Source of the DNA: an uncultured Clostridium sp.
GTDB taxonomy: Bacteria > Bacillota_I > Bacilli_A > RF39 > UBA660
Length of the DNA stretch: 64,000 bases
Direction: 5' to 3'
NCBI GenBank assembly: GCA_905199855.1
Contig: CAJKHY010000002.1
Location: forward strand, 8,571-72,570
This document shows, piece by piece, positions 28,930 through 39,013 of this stretch. The translations under genes and the position numbers were made by a program. The notes beneath the pieces were generated by a model, which made no database searches, was not told the DNA's origin, and saw nothing but the letters and a program-made list of their open reading frames with translations. Each line of letters begins with the position of its first letter. The first letter of the stretch is position 1.

Positions 28930-29942
28930 ACTCCACCTACAAACTTAGTTAAAACATTAGATAAAACCTCTAAAGTATTATAAACTTCTTCTATCGTGTT
29001 ATCAACTCCTCCTATTTCAATTAAAATACAGTTCTTATCTACATCTTGATTATAAATACCATCTACCCCTTTACCACTCTTTTTATATATCCCTTTTGTT
29101 AATGAAGGATAAGTTTCTTTAATTAAATCATTTAATTTATTAGTTACCTCTAAATTATATTCATAGTTTTTATGTTCTAATCCCACAACAAAAAGTATTT
29201 TAGCATAATTCTTATTATTAATAGTTACTGTAGTACTATTCCTATTAACTGAATCCCTATGAATATCTATAAAATATTTTAAACTATCATACTTATTCAT
29301 TTTTTCTAATAGTAACATCCTAGTAGCCTTATATGAACTAGCATAATTCCAATGATTTAAATTTAAAAACTCACTTAAATTAGTATCCTCGACAATAGTA
29401 GATATCCCATTTTTATTTAATTTCTCTTTTAATATATAAGATGCCATCAAAACATTTGGAGTAATATTATATATACTTAAATTCTTATTATTATAATTTT
29501 CCAATTGATGTGTATTATATAAATATATTATTGGTTTACTAATATCTACTTTATAAGGATCCTCAATATATGAACTTATTTTTTTTAACTCTTCTAAATT
29601 ACTATAATCATCATTATGTTCTAAAGTAATACCATCATAATTATTTATTTTACTTACATAACTAGTAATAATACTACTTGGTTTAGTAACATCAACATGT
29701 GTAATAAAATTAATAGTAGAATTAACTACTTTAATTAACTTATTATTATATAAATTATTACTATTACCCATTCTTACTAAAGATTTAATAAAATTACTAT
29801 TATTAATATCCTTATTTCTTCTTAAAGAATAATAAAAAGAATATGAAAAACTAATATATATAATAGTTATTAAAAACATTATCCTTATTACTCTTAACTT
29901 TTTACTTTTTTTATTATTATTTTTAAGTCTCATTTTCCTCAT
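28926..29942 (-). CDS. spoIIP: Stage II sporulation protein P
   Basis: N-terminal TM. IIYLYNTHQLENY... DIHRDS ... ILFVVG are SpoIIP family hallmarks. Confidence 0.8.
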   Translation of the reverse strand: MRKMRLKNNNKKSKKLRVIRIMFLITIIYISFSYSFYYSLRRNKDINNSNFIKSLVRMGNSNNLYNNKLIKVVNSTINFITHVDVTKPSSIITSYVSKINNYDGITLEHNDDYSNLEELKKISSYIEDPYKVDISKPIIYLYNTHQLENYNNKNLSIYNITPNVLMASYILKEKLNKNGISTIVEDTNLSEFLNLNHWNYASSYKATRMLLLEKMNKYDSLKYFIDIHRDSVNRNSTTVTINNKNYAKILFVVGLEHKNYEYNLEVTNKLNDLIKETYPSLTKGIYKKSGKGVDGIYNQDVDKNCILIEIGGVDNTIEEVYNTLEVLSNVLTKFVGGV

Positions 29943-30355
29943 ACTATCACCATTTTAATAATACTATAAACATATTAAAAAAAAAATCGATTTATAAGAA
30001 AAAATATTATATATTCAAAATACATATATAACATTTTTTATAAATTTCTTTATTTCATCTTCATTTTTCACTTCATAATATAAATAAGTAAATTCTTAAT
30101 TTCCTTTGTTAACTCCACTGGAATAACTATAATTCCTTTACCTTTTTCTTATTAAAATTACTTTCTTATTCTTCTTTTATTGTTCTTTCAAAATGTTCTT
30201 TATAACATCTTCAGATAATTCTTTTAATTTCTTATTAATCTCTCTTGTTTGTTCTTTTATTTTCTTGCTTTATACTATTATTTAATACTAACATTCTTAT
30301 GGTGACATTTAACCTTTCAAAGTTGCATGTTCCTTTTCATTTGAGCAATTACTTA

Positions 30356-33300
30356 TTAATCATTATAAGCAAGTAATTTTCTAATATCTTTCTCTGTTAA
30401 TGAAGATATATTTTCTTTACCAGTTTTACCTTCTATTAAGTTTTCACTTAATATTTTTTTCTTATCCTGTAATTCAATAATTCTTTCTTCAATAGTACCT
30501 TTAGTAACTAACTTATATACAGATACATTCTTAGTTTGTCCTATTCTATGAGCTCTGTCTGTTGCCTGATTTTCCACTTGAGGATTCCACCATATATCTA
30601 AATGTATTACAGTATCAGCACCAATTAAATTTAAACCTGTCCCACCTGATTTTAATGTAATTAAGAAACAATTAGTATCATTAGAATTAAATGCTTCAAC
30701 TAAATTCATTCTCTCTTTACTAGATACACTTCCATCAATCATATAATTACTAATACCTATTTTATTAAACTCATATTTAACATTATCTAATACCCTTTTA
30801 AAACTACTAAATATTAGTATCTTATGTTCATTAATAATACTTTCTTTTACTATCTTAATTAACTCTTCTATTTTAATTCTCTCTCCATCATAATTCTCAT
30901 ACATTACTTTAGGATCTATACATATCTGCCTTAATTTCATAAGTAGTTGTAATATTTTCATTCTAGCCCTAGCAAATCCTTCTTCTTTTATTATATTATC
31001 TATTTCTTTTCTAGTATCTTTTAATACTTTTAAATATAATTTCTTTTGTTTATCAGGTAACTCAATATAAATATTCTTCTCTGTCTTATCGGGTAACGAT
31101 TCTATTACATCTTTTTTCTTTCTTCTTAATATAAACGGACTTATTTGATAATTAAGATTCTTTAAAATCTCCATTCCTTCCTCATCAACATCTTTAATAT
31201 TATATTTTTCTTTAAATTTAATAATACTATTTAAATAACCTGGCATAATAAAATCAAATATACTCCATAACTCACAAACATTATTTTCTACAGGAGTTCC
31301 TGTTAGAGCAATTTTACAACTTGCATTAATCTTCTTAATCTCTCTAGTCATCTCTGCTAAATAATTTTTAATATTTTGAGCCTCATCTACTACACAAAGT
31401 TCAAAATCTATCTTCTCATATTCATCATTATCATTTCTAATTAAACCATAACTAGTTATAAAAATATTATAGTTTTCCTTATTTTCCAATATTTCTTTTC
31501 TTTTATTCTTATTCTCTGCTACAACAACAAATTTTAAAGATGGAGCAAACTTTTCAAACTCTTTTTGCCAGTTATACATAAGAGATGTTGGTACTATAAT
31601 AATTATTTTAGCATCTTTCTTTTCCCTTAATATTTGTTTAATTAAAGTAATAGTTTGTAAACTCTTACCTAACCCCATCTCATCAGCTAAAATACCTCCA
31701 AAACCACATTTATATATAGTATATAACCATTTAATACCTTCCTTTTGATAATCTCTTAAAACATTATTATCATCAATATCAAAATTAAAGCAAGTATCCT
31801 TATACTTTTTAAAATTAGTGATAAATTTATCAAATAAATTATCCGTTTTAACACTCTTATAATGATTCTTTAAACTATCTATATATAGAGCACGATATTT
31901 TGGTATTATTGCATTGCCATTTTCTATATCCTCTCTTGTAATATTTAAATCACTTATTAAATTATTAAGTTCCTTTATCTCTTCATTATCACTTAAAGAT
32001 ACTACATTATTATTCTTTAATTTATAATATCTCTTCTTAGCCTTTAAAGCCTTAAATATACCATCTAACTCACTAGTATCAATACCATCAATATCAAATT
32101 TATAAGACATAATATTATCTTTACCTATACTAAAATTACTATTAGAACTAAGTCTCTTTAATATTTTTGTATTATCTATCTTCTTGCTAGTAAATATCTC
32201 ATATTCTTTAGTTAAATTATTTAATTCATTATCTAAAAAATCATACATCTTATCAATATCTTCTAAAACAAATCTTTTATTTACTATATTAAAACCATAT
32301 CCTTCAATTTCTTTTACAACTTTATTTTCGTATTCATTATCTCTTAAAAAATTACCCTTAGTAAAATAATTTATATCTTCTTTATAACTAAATACTATAT
32401 CACATATTAATTTACTATTTGTTATATCAAAATATAATTTTGTTTTTGGAGTCATTGGTAACTCAATATCCTTAACGTTTTCATCTAATATTAAATTATT
32501 TTTAACTTGACTAAATAATCCTCTGCCAAAAACATTTAAATCATTCTTATTAAATGTTAAATAACTAATCCTATTTTCACGAAGTAACTTAATAAATTCT
32601 GTATCTTCATAACTTAAAATATATAAATTATTATTATAATAAACATTCTTCATATTTTTAGTTAAATAATTATAATGATTAACATCTTCTAATTTTAATA
32701 TATAATTGTCCCCTTCTTCTTCTAAAATATAATTAGTAGGTAATTTATAATAATAATTATTAGTAATACCATGATTTTTTATCTTAAATGGCATACCATT
32801 AATAATTTCTAATAATGATTCAAATTCCCGCTGAGACAAAATCAACGCACAATAATTATTACTATAATATTCACTTCCACGATAATTACTTAAAAATTCA
32901 ATTATTCTCTTACTTAATGAATCAAAATAATGTTTACTTTTATCATAAGTTAAACCTTTACCAAATTCATATGTATCTCCACTATAATAAGCATTAATAA
33001 AATTTATTAACTTACTATCAGTAGATAAAACATATTTCTTCTTATTACCTATATATAATCTTACATATATATTATTACCAATAAAATCAAATTCTAATTC
33101 AGTATCTAACTTCTCCTTAATTGTGTTACTTTTATTATCGATATATTTATTTAATATTTTTGAAGATACTTCCAATTCATCTATAATTTCACAATTTAAA
33201 ATAGCATTTCCATATTGTACTAAAACAGAAGCTAAATGCTCACAGTAAGAATTACCACAGTTACAAGACATATCATATAATTTTTGCCCATTATTGGTTA

Positions 33301-33490
33301 CCATTACCTTGTGATAATTACCATCTCTATCTTTCACCCTAAAATGATGAACATATCTATCTTCTAATGTATTCATACCTAAAGGTGTAATAAAACTAGG
33401 TGGACAATATCTCCCTTTTAAATATACTTCATAACCAAACCTATCTATTATAAAACTATAAATATTCATAAAAAGCCACTTCTCTTTCAA
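30356..33490 (-). CDS. SNF2-family helicase with N-terminal SWIM zinc finger
   Basis: CNCGNSYCEHLASV is the SWIM CxC...CxH motif. DEMGLGKSLQTI is the DEAD-like motif. Helicase C-terminal motifs LKSGGTGLNL and TDRAHRIGQTKNV are present. Confidence 0.85.
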   Translation of the reverse strand: MKEKWLFMNIYSFIIDRFGYEVYLKGRYCPPSFITPLGMNTLEDRYVHHFRVKDRDGNYHKVMVTNNGQKLYDMSCNCGNSYCEHLASVLVQYGNAILNCEIIDELEVSSKILNKYIDNKSNTIKEKLDTELEFDFIGNNIYVRLYIGNKKKYVLSTDSKLINFINAYYSGDTYEFGKGLTYDKSKHYFDSLSKRIIEFLSNYRGSEYYSNNYCALILSQREFESLLEIINGMPFKIKNHGITNNYYYKLPTNYILEEEGDNYILKLEDVNHYNYLTKNMKNVYYNNNLYILSYEDTEFIKLLRENRISYLTFNKNDLNVFGRGLFSQVKNNLILDENVKDIELPMTPKTKLYFDITNSKLICDIVFSYKEDINYFTKGNFLRDNEYENKVVKEIEGYGFNIVNKRFVLEDIDKMYDFLDNELNNLTKEYEIFTSKKIDNTKILKRLSSNSNFSIGKDNIMSYKFDIDGIDTSELDGIFKALKAKKRYYKLKNNNVVSLSDNEEIKELNNLISDLNITREDIENGNAIIPKYRALYIDSLKNHYKSVKTDNLFDKFITNFKKYKDTCFNFDIDDNNVLRDYQKEGIKWLYTIYKCGFGGILADEMGLGKSLQTITLIKQILREKKDAKIIIIVPTSLMYNWQKEFEKFAPSLKFVVVAENKNKRKEILENKENYNIFITSYGLIRNDNDEYEKIDFELCVVDEAQNIKNYLAEMTREIKKINASCKIALTGTPVENNVCELWSIFDFIMPGYLNSIIKFKEKYNIKDVDEEGMEILKNLNYQISPFILRRKKKDVIESLPDKTEKNIYIELPDKQKKLYLKVLKDTRKEIDNIIKEEGFARARMKILQLLMKLRQICIDPKVMYENYDGERIKIEELIKIVKESIINEHKILIFSSFKRVLDNVKYEFNKIGISNYMIDGSVSSKERMNLVEAFNSNDTNCFLITLKSGGTGLNLIGADTVIHLDIWWNPQVENQATDRAHRIGQTKNVSVYKLVTKGTIEERIIELQDKKKILSENLIEGKTGKENISSLTEKDIRKLLAYND

Positions 33491-33632
33491 TTGAATATTT
33501 TAGCATATTTTTCTAAAATAAACAAGTACTTTTTGCAAACAAATGTATTTTTTCTGTGTCAATCAACTTTCTCTCATACTATAAATATTAATCTAGAATT
33601 TAAACACCTATTTTCTACCAATAATAGCATAG

Positions 33633-33669
33633 CAAACAAAAATAAACTCGAACTAAAAGACAGTTCGAG
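33633..33669 (-). terminator. Intrinsic terminator downstream of tRNA-Leu
   Basis: ACTCGAACT-aaaagac-AGTTCGAGT hairpin, followed on the minus strand by UUUAUUUUUG. Confidence 0.6.
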
Positions 33670-33682
33670 TTTAGTATCAAAC

Positions 33683-33768
33683 TGGTGCAAGGAAGGGGAC
33701 TTGAACCCCCACAGGAATAACCTATACGCCCCTCAAACGTATGCGTCTACCGATTCCGCCATCCTTGC
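33683..33768 (-). tRNA. tRNA-Leu (anticodon GAG), type II with long variable arm
   Basis: The reverse complement GCAAGGATGGCGGAATCGGTAGACGCATACGTTTGAGGGGCGTATAGGTTATTCCTGTGGGGGTTCAAGTCCCCTTCCTTGCACCA. The anticodon loop is UUGAGGG. GGTTCAAGTCC is the T-arm. The 7-bp acceptor stem pairs (GCAAGGA/TCCTTGC). The tracked +ORF at 33491..33772 is antisense noise. Confidence 0.85.
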
Positions 33769-33777
33769 ATAAGGAAT

Positions 33778-35106
33778 TTAAGACTTAAACGCCTTAAACA
33801 TTTTTTTCCATAAATGAGACCCTGAATAATTTAATATTCCAACCTTATATATTCTTAAACCATATTTAACTAGAATAAATATTAATCCTACCGTTAATAA
33901 TATTGAAATAATAGCTTCTACAATGGTAATCTGTCCTAATACTAATAAAGATGGTGCAAGTAAAGCCGAAAAGAATGGTATAAAAGATAACACCTTAATA
34001 AATATACTTCCCTTAAACATTGCCGCGGCCACACTAAGATAATATGAAATAAACGAAATAATCATAATTGGAGTCTGTACCTGTTGATAATCTTCCATAT
34101 TAGTAGTCATTGAAGCAAGTATACCAGCAACTAATGAATAAGCAATAAATGTAACTACCATCAATATTAAAGTAATAGGTATAATTATTTGCATTTTATC
34201 TAAAACCCCAGTTAATTCCAAAGAAGATGTTATCTTATTTACATAACTACCTACTCCACCTGATAATATATTACCTCCATTAATTAACACTCCAGTAGAT
34301 ATATATCTAATAAATATACCAATTAATAAATATACTACTAAAAGTAAACCCTGTAACAAAACAAAAACATTACCTGATATAATTTTAGATAGAAAATGTG
34401 TCTTGGGTGAAACATTAGAAATAATTATCTCCATTCCTCTAGTAGTCTTCTCCTCATTAATTTCAGCCCCTATCATTTGAACTAAAAACATCGTTAAAGT
34501 AAAGAATGGTAATATCACTATAGGAAATATCGTACTCATAACAAGTTCCATCATCTCATCAACATTCTCTTCATCATCTAACTTAGTTCTCTTTACATCA
34601 ACATAAGATGAAATATGATCAAGAATCTCATTTGATACCCCATAATAAGATAAGGCCTTATCTTTCTTTATACTATTTAAAATAGTAGTGATAACCTGAT
34701 ACGTCGTATTATCAATATTACTTTTAGTAATCATTTCCACATTAATAAAATTAGTACTATCTTCATTAATGACTAAAAGTATCTTATCTTTCTTCTTAAT
34801 ATCCTCATATAAACTTTCTTTATCCTTATCATACTTAGTTATCTCAGCATCCTTCAAAGTATCCAAATAATCCCTAGTACTATCAAAAGTCTTAACAAAC
34901 TCATCATAACAAGAAGCATTATCAATAACTACTATCTCTGTCTTTTTATCAAAATCTCCCCCAAAAAACTTAATTATAGAATCTATATTAATAATACCTG
35001 CGATAATAACTAAAAGAATAATATTAGCAATTAAGAACCATTTGGTTTTAATCTTCTTATCTAAACTTATCTTAGTTAAATATTTTAACTTATTTGTCAT
35101 ATGCAT
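33778..35106 (-). CDS. ABC-2 family transporter permease
   Basis: 442 aa, N-terminal TM followed by a large loop and about 5 C-terminal TM segments. It overlaps the upstream ATPase gene. Confidence 0.7.
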   Translation of the reverse strand: MHMTNKLKYLTKISLDKKIKTKWFLIANIILLVIIAGIINIDSIIKFFGGDFDKKTEIVVIDNASCYDEFVKTFDSTRDYLDTLKDAEITKYDKDKESLYEDIKKKDKILLVINEDSTNFINVEMITKSNIDNTTYQVITTILNSIKKDKALSYYGVSNEILDHISSYVDVKRTKLDDEENVDEMMELVMSTIFPIVILPFFTLTMFLVQMIGAEINEEKTTRGMEIIISNVSPKTHFLSKIISGNVFVLLQGLLLVVYLLIGIFIRYISTGVLINGGNILSGGVGSYVNKITSSLELTGVLDKMQIIIPITLILMVVTFIAYSLVAGILASMTTNMEDYQQVQTPIMIISFISYYLSVAAAMFKGSIFIKVLSFIPFFSALLAPSLLVLGQITIVEAIISILLTVGLIFILVKYGLRIYKVGILNYSGSHLWKKMFKAFKS

Positions 35107-35989
35107 TACCTACCTTCTCAATAAAGATCTCATTTAAACTAGGTTCTTCAACACTAAATTTAGTAATATTATCACATTTCTTAATATAATTAAATAACTT
35201 AGCAATATATTTCTCATCACTGATTGTAACAATATAATTATTATTTTCTTTTCTTACTTTTACTACGCCTTCTATCTTCCCTAAATCTTCTTTAGAAACA
35301 CTTCCTATTATATATACATCTTTCTTTTTATATTCCTTTTTAATATTTTCTAAATACCCTTTCAAAACAGTTTTACCTTTTACTAAAATTACTAATTTCT
35401 CACAAAAAAGTTCAACATGTTCCATTCTATGTGATGAAAATATAATACTAGTACCTTTTTCTTTTAACTCAAGTATTTCTTTTTTAAATAGTTCAACATT
35501 AATAGGATCTAATCCCGAAAATGGTTCATCTAAAATAAGTAACTTTGGTTCATGAATAATCGAAGTAATAAATTGTATTTTTTGTTGATTACCTTTAGAT
35601 AATTCTTTTATTTTCTTATATTTATATTCACTAATACCAAACTTATCTAAATAATAATCTAACTTCTTAACAATATCTTCTTCCTTCATATTCTTTAAAA
35701 TAGCATAAAACTTAACCTGTTCAATAACAGTCATCTTAGTAAGTAAACTTCTTTCTTCGGTTAAAAATCCTATCTTATCAGTCATAGAATAATCTATTTT
35801 TTTACCATCTAATGTAATATTACCAGTATAATCATCAATAAGACCCATAATCATTCGAAAAGTTGTCGTTTTACCTGCCCCATTTAATCCTAGTAAACCA
35901 AAAATGCATCCATCTTCTACCTCAAATGATAAATCGTCTACTGCTTTTAAATCACCATAATATTTAGTTACATTTTCTACCTTCAACAT
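35090..35989 (-). CDS. ABC transporter ATP-binding protein
   Basis: Walker A GLNGAGKTTT. Signature LSKGNQQK. Walker B LLILDEPFSGLD. Confidence 0.9.
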   Translation of the reverse strand: MLKVENVTKYYGDLKAVDDLSFEVEDGCIFGLLGLNGAGKTTTFRMIMGLIDDYTGNITLDGKKIDYSMTDKIGFLTEERSLLTKMTVIEQVKFYAILKNMKEEDIVKKLDYYLDKFGISEYKYKKIKELSKGNQQKIQFITSIIHEPKLLILDEPFSGLDPINVELFKKEILELKEKGTSIIFSSHRMEHVELFCEKLVILVKGKTVLKGYLENIKKEYKKKDVYIIGSVSKEDLGKIEGVVKVRKENNNYIVTISDEKYIAKLFNYIKKCDNITKFSVEEPSLNEIFIEKVGNAYDK

Positions 35990-36109
35990 AGTCTCAACTC
36001 CTGAATTAATTATACAAAATAATTAGAAAAAAGTAAATAAAATGGATAAAAGTAATGGCAAAAAAAAATTTGTTTAATAAACTATATTAGATACAAAGGA
36101 GGTAATTTT

Positions 36110-36289
36110 ATGTATTACTATGGTGGATACAGTGGTGGAACCGGATGTGGATGCAACACATGTGGTGGTGCCCCAGCTTATGGATACGGTTATCCTAACT
36201 ATGGATATGGATATGGCCAAGGTGCCGCTATAATACTTGTATTATTTATTTTACTTGTCATAATTATCGGTGCTAGAATCGCTGCATAA
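36110..36289 (+). CDS. YjcZ-family small sporulation protein (Gly/Tyr-rich with hydrophobic C-terminus)
   Basis: This ORF is not in the supplied track. It is 59 aa: MYYYGGYSGGTGCGCNTCGGAPAYGYGYPNYGYGYGQGAAIILVLFILLVIIIGARIAA. The ribosome-binding site AAGGAGG lies 8 nt before the ATG. A terminator hairpin is at 36316-36342. Confidence 0.65.
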   Translation: MYYYGGYSGGTGCGCNTCGGAPAYGYGYPNYGYGYGQGAAIILVLFILLVIIIGARIAA

Positions 36290-36394
36290 GACAAATAAAT
36301 TAAATAATCACCATTTAAAGGGAAAAATATTTCCCTTTTTTCATTATCTATGCTATTATAATATTATCAGTTGTTTAATTTTAGGTGGTGTTTT

Positions 36395-36718
36395 ATGGGA
36401 ATAAGAGAAAAATCAGTAAAGATTTATTGCTGTTATGAAAAAGACTGGATGGGATTTAAAATTACTAAGAAAAACCCCTATTCTTTTCACCATATTATAA
36501 AATCATGTGATGGTGGAAAAACTACAATTAATAATTTTGCTATTTTAACTAAAAGTTCGCATAGATATTTAAATTTATTAGAACGATTATATCCTAATAT
36601 TTACAATGAATTAAATGATGTTTTTTTAGAACTTATATCTAGCAATGCTCCACCTACCAAGAAATATTATGAAAAAATAGAAAAAATATTAAAAAAAGTA
36701 CCCGAATTTAAATTTTAA
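36395..36718 (+). CDS. Small HNH endonuclease-domain protein
   Basis: HHIIKSCDGGKTTINNFAILTKSSHRYLN fits an HNH (His-Me finger) core. The ribosome-binding site AGGTGGTG precedes the ATG at 36395. Confidence 0.55.
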   Translation: MGIREKSVKIYCCYEKDWMGFKITKKNPYSFHHIIKSCDGGKTTINNFAILTKSSHRYLNLLERLYPNIYNELNDVFLELISSNAPPTKKYYEKIEKILKKVPEFKF

Positions 36719-36782
36719 GTAATTTTAACTTTATTTTTAGTAACTTATGTGCTAAAATACTAGAGAAAAAAGAGGTGGTATT

Positions 36783-37331
36783 ATGTTAAAAAAAGGTATG
36801 ATATTAGATGAAAGCGATAAAAGAGTAAGACAAAAGAATGTTGATGTTGTTTTTCCCTTATCTAAAGATGATAAAAAAATGATAAAAGAAATGCTTAAGC
36901 ATTTAAAAGAAAGTCAAATTGAAGATATTGCTAAAAAATACGATTTAAGACCTGGTATGGGACTTGCTGCTCCTCAAGTAGGCATTAACAAAAGATTTTT
37001 TGTTATTTGTCATGAAGAAGAACCTAATAAGTTTAAAGATTATGTAATGATTAATCCCACTTTAGTTAGCCATTCAATGGAACTTGTTTATGTTGGAGGT
37101 GGTGAAGGATGCTTAAGCGTAAATCGTGATGTCGAGGGCATTGTTCCAAGATATGCTAGAATTACTATGGAAGGTTACGATTTAGATGGTAATAAAATTA
37201 GAATTAGAGCAAGAGAAGAACTATCAATTGCTTTTCAACATGAGTATGATCATTTAGATGGAATTTTGTTTTATGATAAAATAAACAAAAAAAATCCTTT
37301 CTACAATGCTGAAAATATGAGAGAAATATAA
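36783..37331 (+). CDS. def: Peptide deformylase
   Basis: GLAAPQVG, EGCLS and HEYDHLDG are the three PDF motifs. Confidence 0.95.
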   Translation: MLKKGMILDESDKRVRQKNVDVVFPLSKDDKKMIKEMLKHLKESQIEDIAKKYDLRPGMGLAAPQVGINKRFFVICHEEEPNKFKDYVMINPTLVSHSMELVYVGGGEGCLSVNRDVEGIVPRYARITMEGYDLDGNKIRIRAREELSIAFQHEYDHLDGILFYDKINKKNPFYNAENMREI

Positions 37332-37337
37332 AAACAA

Positions 37338-37365
37338 GATATTAGTTTAAACTAATATCTTTTTA
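37338..37365. terminator. Bidirectional terminator between convergent def and obg
   Basis: GATATTAGTTT/AAACTAATATC perfect inverted repeat flanked by an A-run and a T-run. Confidence 0.6.
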
Positions 37366-38637
37366 CTTTGTATATTCAAATTCATAATCAAGAATTCTAA
37401 CAATATCTCCTTCTTTAACTCCTAAACGTTCTAATTCATCATCGATGCCCATATGCCTTAACTTCTTAGCAAACTGAACATAAGCTTCTTCACCATTAAA
37501 ATTAGTCATTTTGAGTAATTTTTCTACTCTATCTCCTTTAATTACCCATATATCTTTTTCCTTTGTAATAGTAAATGGTAATTCTTCCTTAAATTTATAT
37601 AAAACATGAGTTTCGTAGTTATTATCCTCAAATAATTCCTGTTCCTCTATTTCACTAGTCATCTCTCCAAGATAATTAATTACTTCTTCTAATCCCTTGT
37701 TAGAAATAGCCTCAATTTCAAATATTTTAATATCATCAATTTCTTTCTTTAATCTTTCTAAATTCTCCTTAGAATTAGGTAAATCCATCTTATTAGCAAT
37801 AATAATTCTAGGTTTTTCTAATAACTTAGGATTAAATTCTTGTAACTCTTTATTTATAACTAAATAATCATCATATGGATCTCTACCTTCACTTCCAGAA
37901 ATATCTATTACATGTGCTATTATTTTAGTACGTTCAACATGTTTTAAAAATTTATGCCCTAATCCTAAACCATTTGAGGCTCCCTCAATTAAACCAGGTA
38001 AATCCGCGACAACAAAAGTTTTTTCATTCTTTGTCTTAACAACTCCTAAATTAGGAGATAAAGTAGTAAAATGATAACTTGCTATTTTAGGATTAGCCGC
38101 ACTTATTTGAGATAAAATAGTAGACTTCCCAACACTAGGTAATCCTACTAACCCCACATCAGCGATCATTCTTAAAGTAGCATTAATATTTCTTGCTTCC
38201 CCTGGTTCGCCACGTTCACAAAAAGATGGACAAGGATTACTCTTAGTAGAAAGACTAACATTACCTCTTCCACCTCTACCACCATAAGCAACAATTACTT
38301 CTTCACCATTTTTCTTTAAATCTGCTAAAATTAATCCTGTATTATTATCCTTAATAGTAGTCCCAATTGGCACTTTAATGATAACATCATCTGCTGATTT
38401 TCCGTTCTTATTTTTACCTTCACCATTTAAACCATTTAAACCCTTAATATGTTTTTGATACTTTAAATCAATTAAAGTTTTTAATCCAGAATCAGCTTTA
38501 AATATAACGTCGCCTCCCTTACCACCCGAACCACCATAAGGACCACCCATTGGTACAAACTTTTCACGACGAAATGCCATACAGCCATCGCCTCCATTAC
38601 CAGCATTAACTAAGATATTTACCTCATCAACAAACAT
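37363..38637 (-). CDS. obg: GTPase Obg/CgtA
   Basis: MFVDEVNILVNAGNGGDGCMAFRREKFVPMGGPYGGSGGKGGDV is the Obg fold. G-domain GLPSVGKST is present. A TGS-like C-terminus is present. Confidence 0.95.
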   Translation of the reverse strand: MFVDEVNILVNAGNGGDGCMAFRREKFVPMGGPYGGSGGKGGDVIFKADSGLKTLIDLKYQKHIKGLNGLNGEGKNKNGKSADDVIIKVPIGTTIKDNNTGLILADLKKNGEEVIVAYGGRGGRGNVSLSTKSNPCPSFCERGEPGEARNINATLRMIADVGLVGLPSVGKSTILSQISAANPKIASYHFTTLSPNLGVVKTKNEKTFVVADLPGLIEGASNGLGLGHKFLKHVERTKIIAHVIDISGSEGRDPYDDYLVINKELQEFNPKLLEKPRIIIANKMDLPNSKENLERLKKEIDDIKIFEIEAISNKGLEEVINYLGEMTSEIEEQELFEDNNYETHVLYKFKEELPFTITKEKDIWVIKGDRVEKLLKMTNFNGEEAYVQFAKKLRHMGIDDELERLGVKEGDIVRILDYEFEYTK

Positions 38638-38707
38638 AGTATCTCCCTCATTTCTTTACCATTATACAATAATTTTTAAGAAAAAAAAAGAGAAAAATTA
38701 AAAGAAG

Positions 38708-38890
38708 CTATTTAGCTTCTACAATTAACTTGATTGCCGTGCATTCATCCCCATCCATTACAATATCTGTAAAAGCATGAATACATACTAAATTCTTACC
38801 AGATGGAGCTACAAAACTCTCGTTATTCTTAAAAAGAAGATACAACTCTTTCAAAGATAAATAATACCTTTTGTCTTTCTCCATTTTCAT
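38708..38890 (-). pseudogene. Remnant of a spoVS paralog: the C-terminal 37 codons plus terminator have been duplicated
   Basis: The last about 37 aa (FVAPSGKNLVCIHAFTDIVMDGDECTAIKLIVEAK) are near-identical to the SpoVS C-terminus at 40550-40660. The first 23 aa are unrelated. No ribosome-binding site precedes the ATG. DNA identity is about 88% over roughly 135 nt and includes the downstream terminator hairpin AGAAGCT-attt-AGCTTCT. Confidence 0.55.
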
Positions 38891-39013
38891 AAGATTAGAA
38901 ACACAGTAAAGTGGCTAGTTTTCTAAAGGATGTCATGATAAAGAATATAAACATCCAGATAATCACTAATATTATAGATAATTTTTTTCTTCATCTGTAT
39001 CATCCTTTAATTT

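Noticed and set aside
33491-33772. +strand 93-aa ORF
   Set aside because: It overlaps tRNA-Leu and its terminator on the opposite strand. No ribosome-binding site and no homology.
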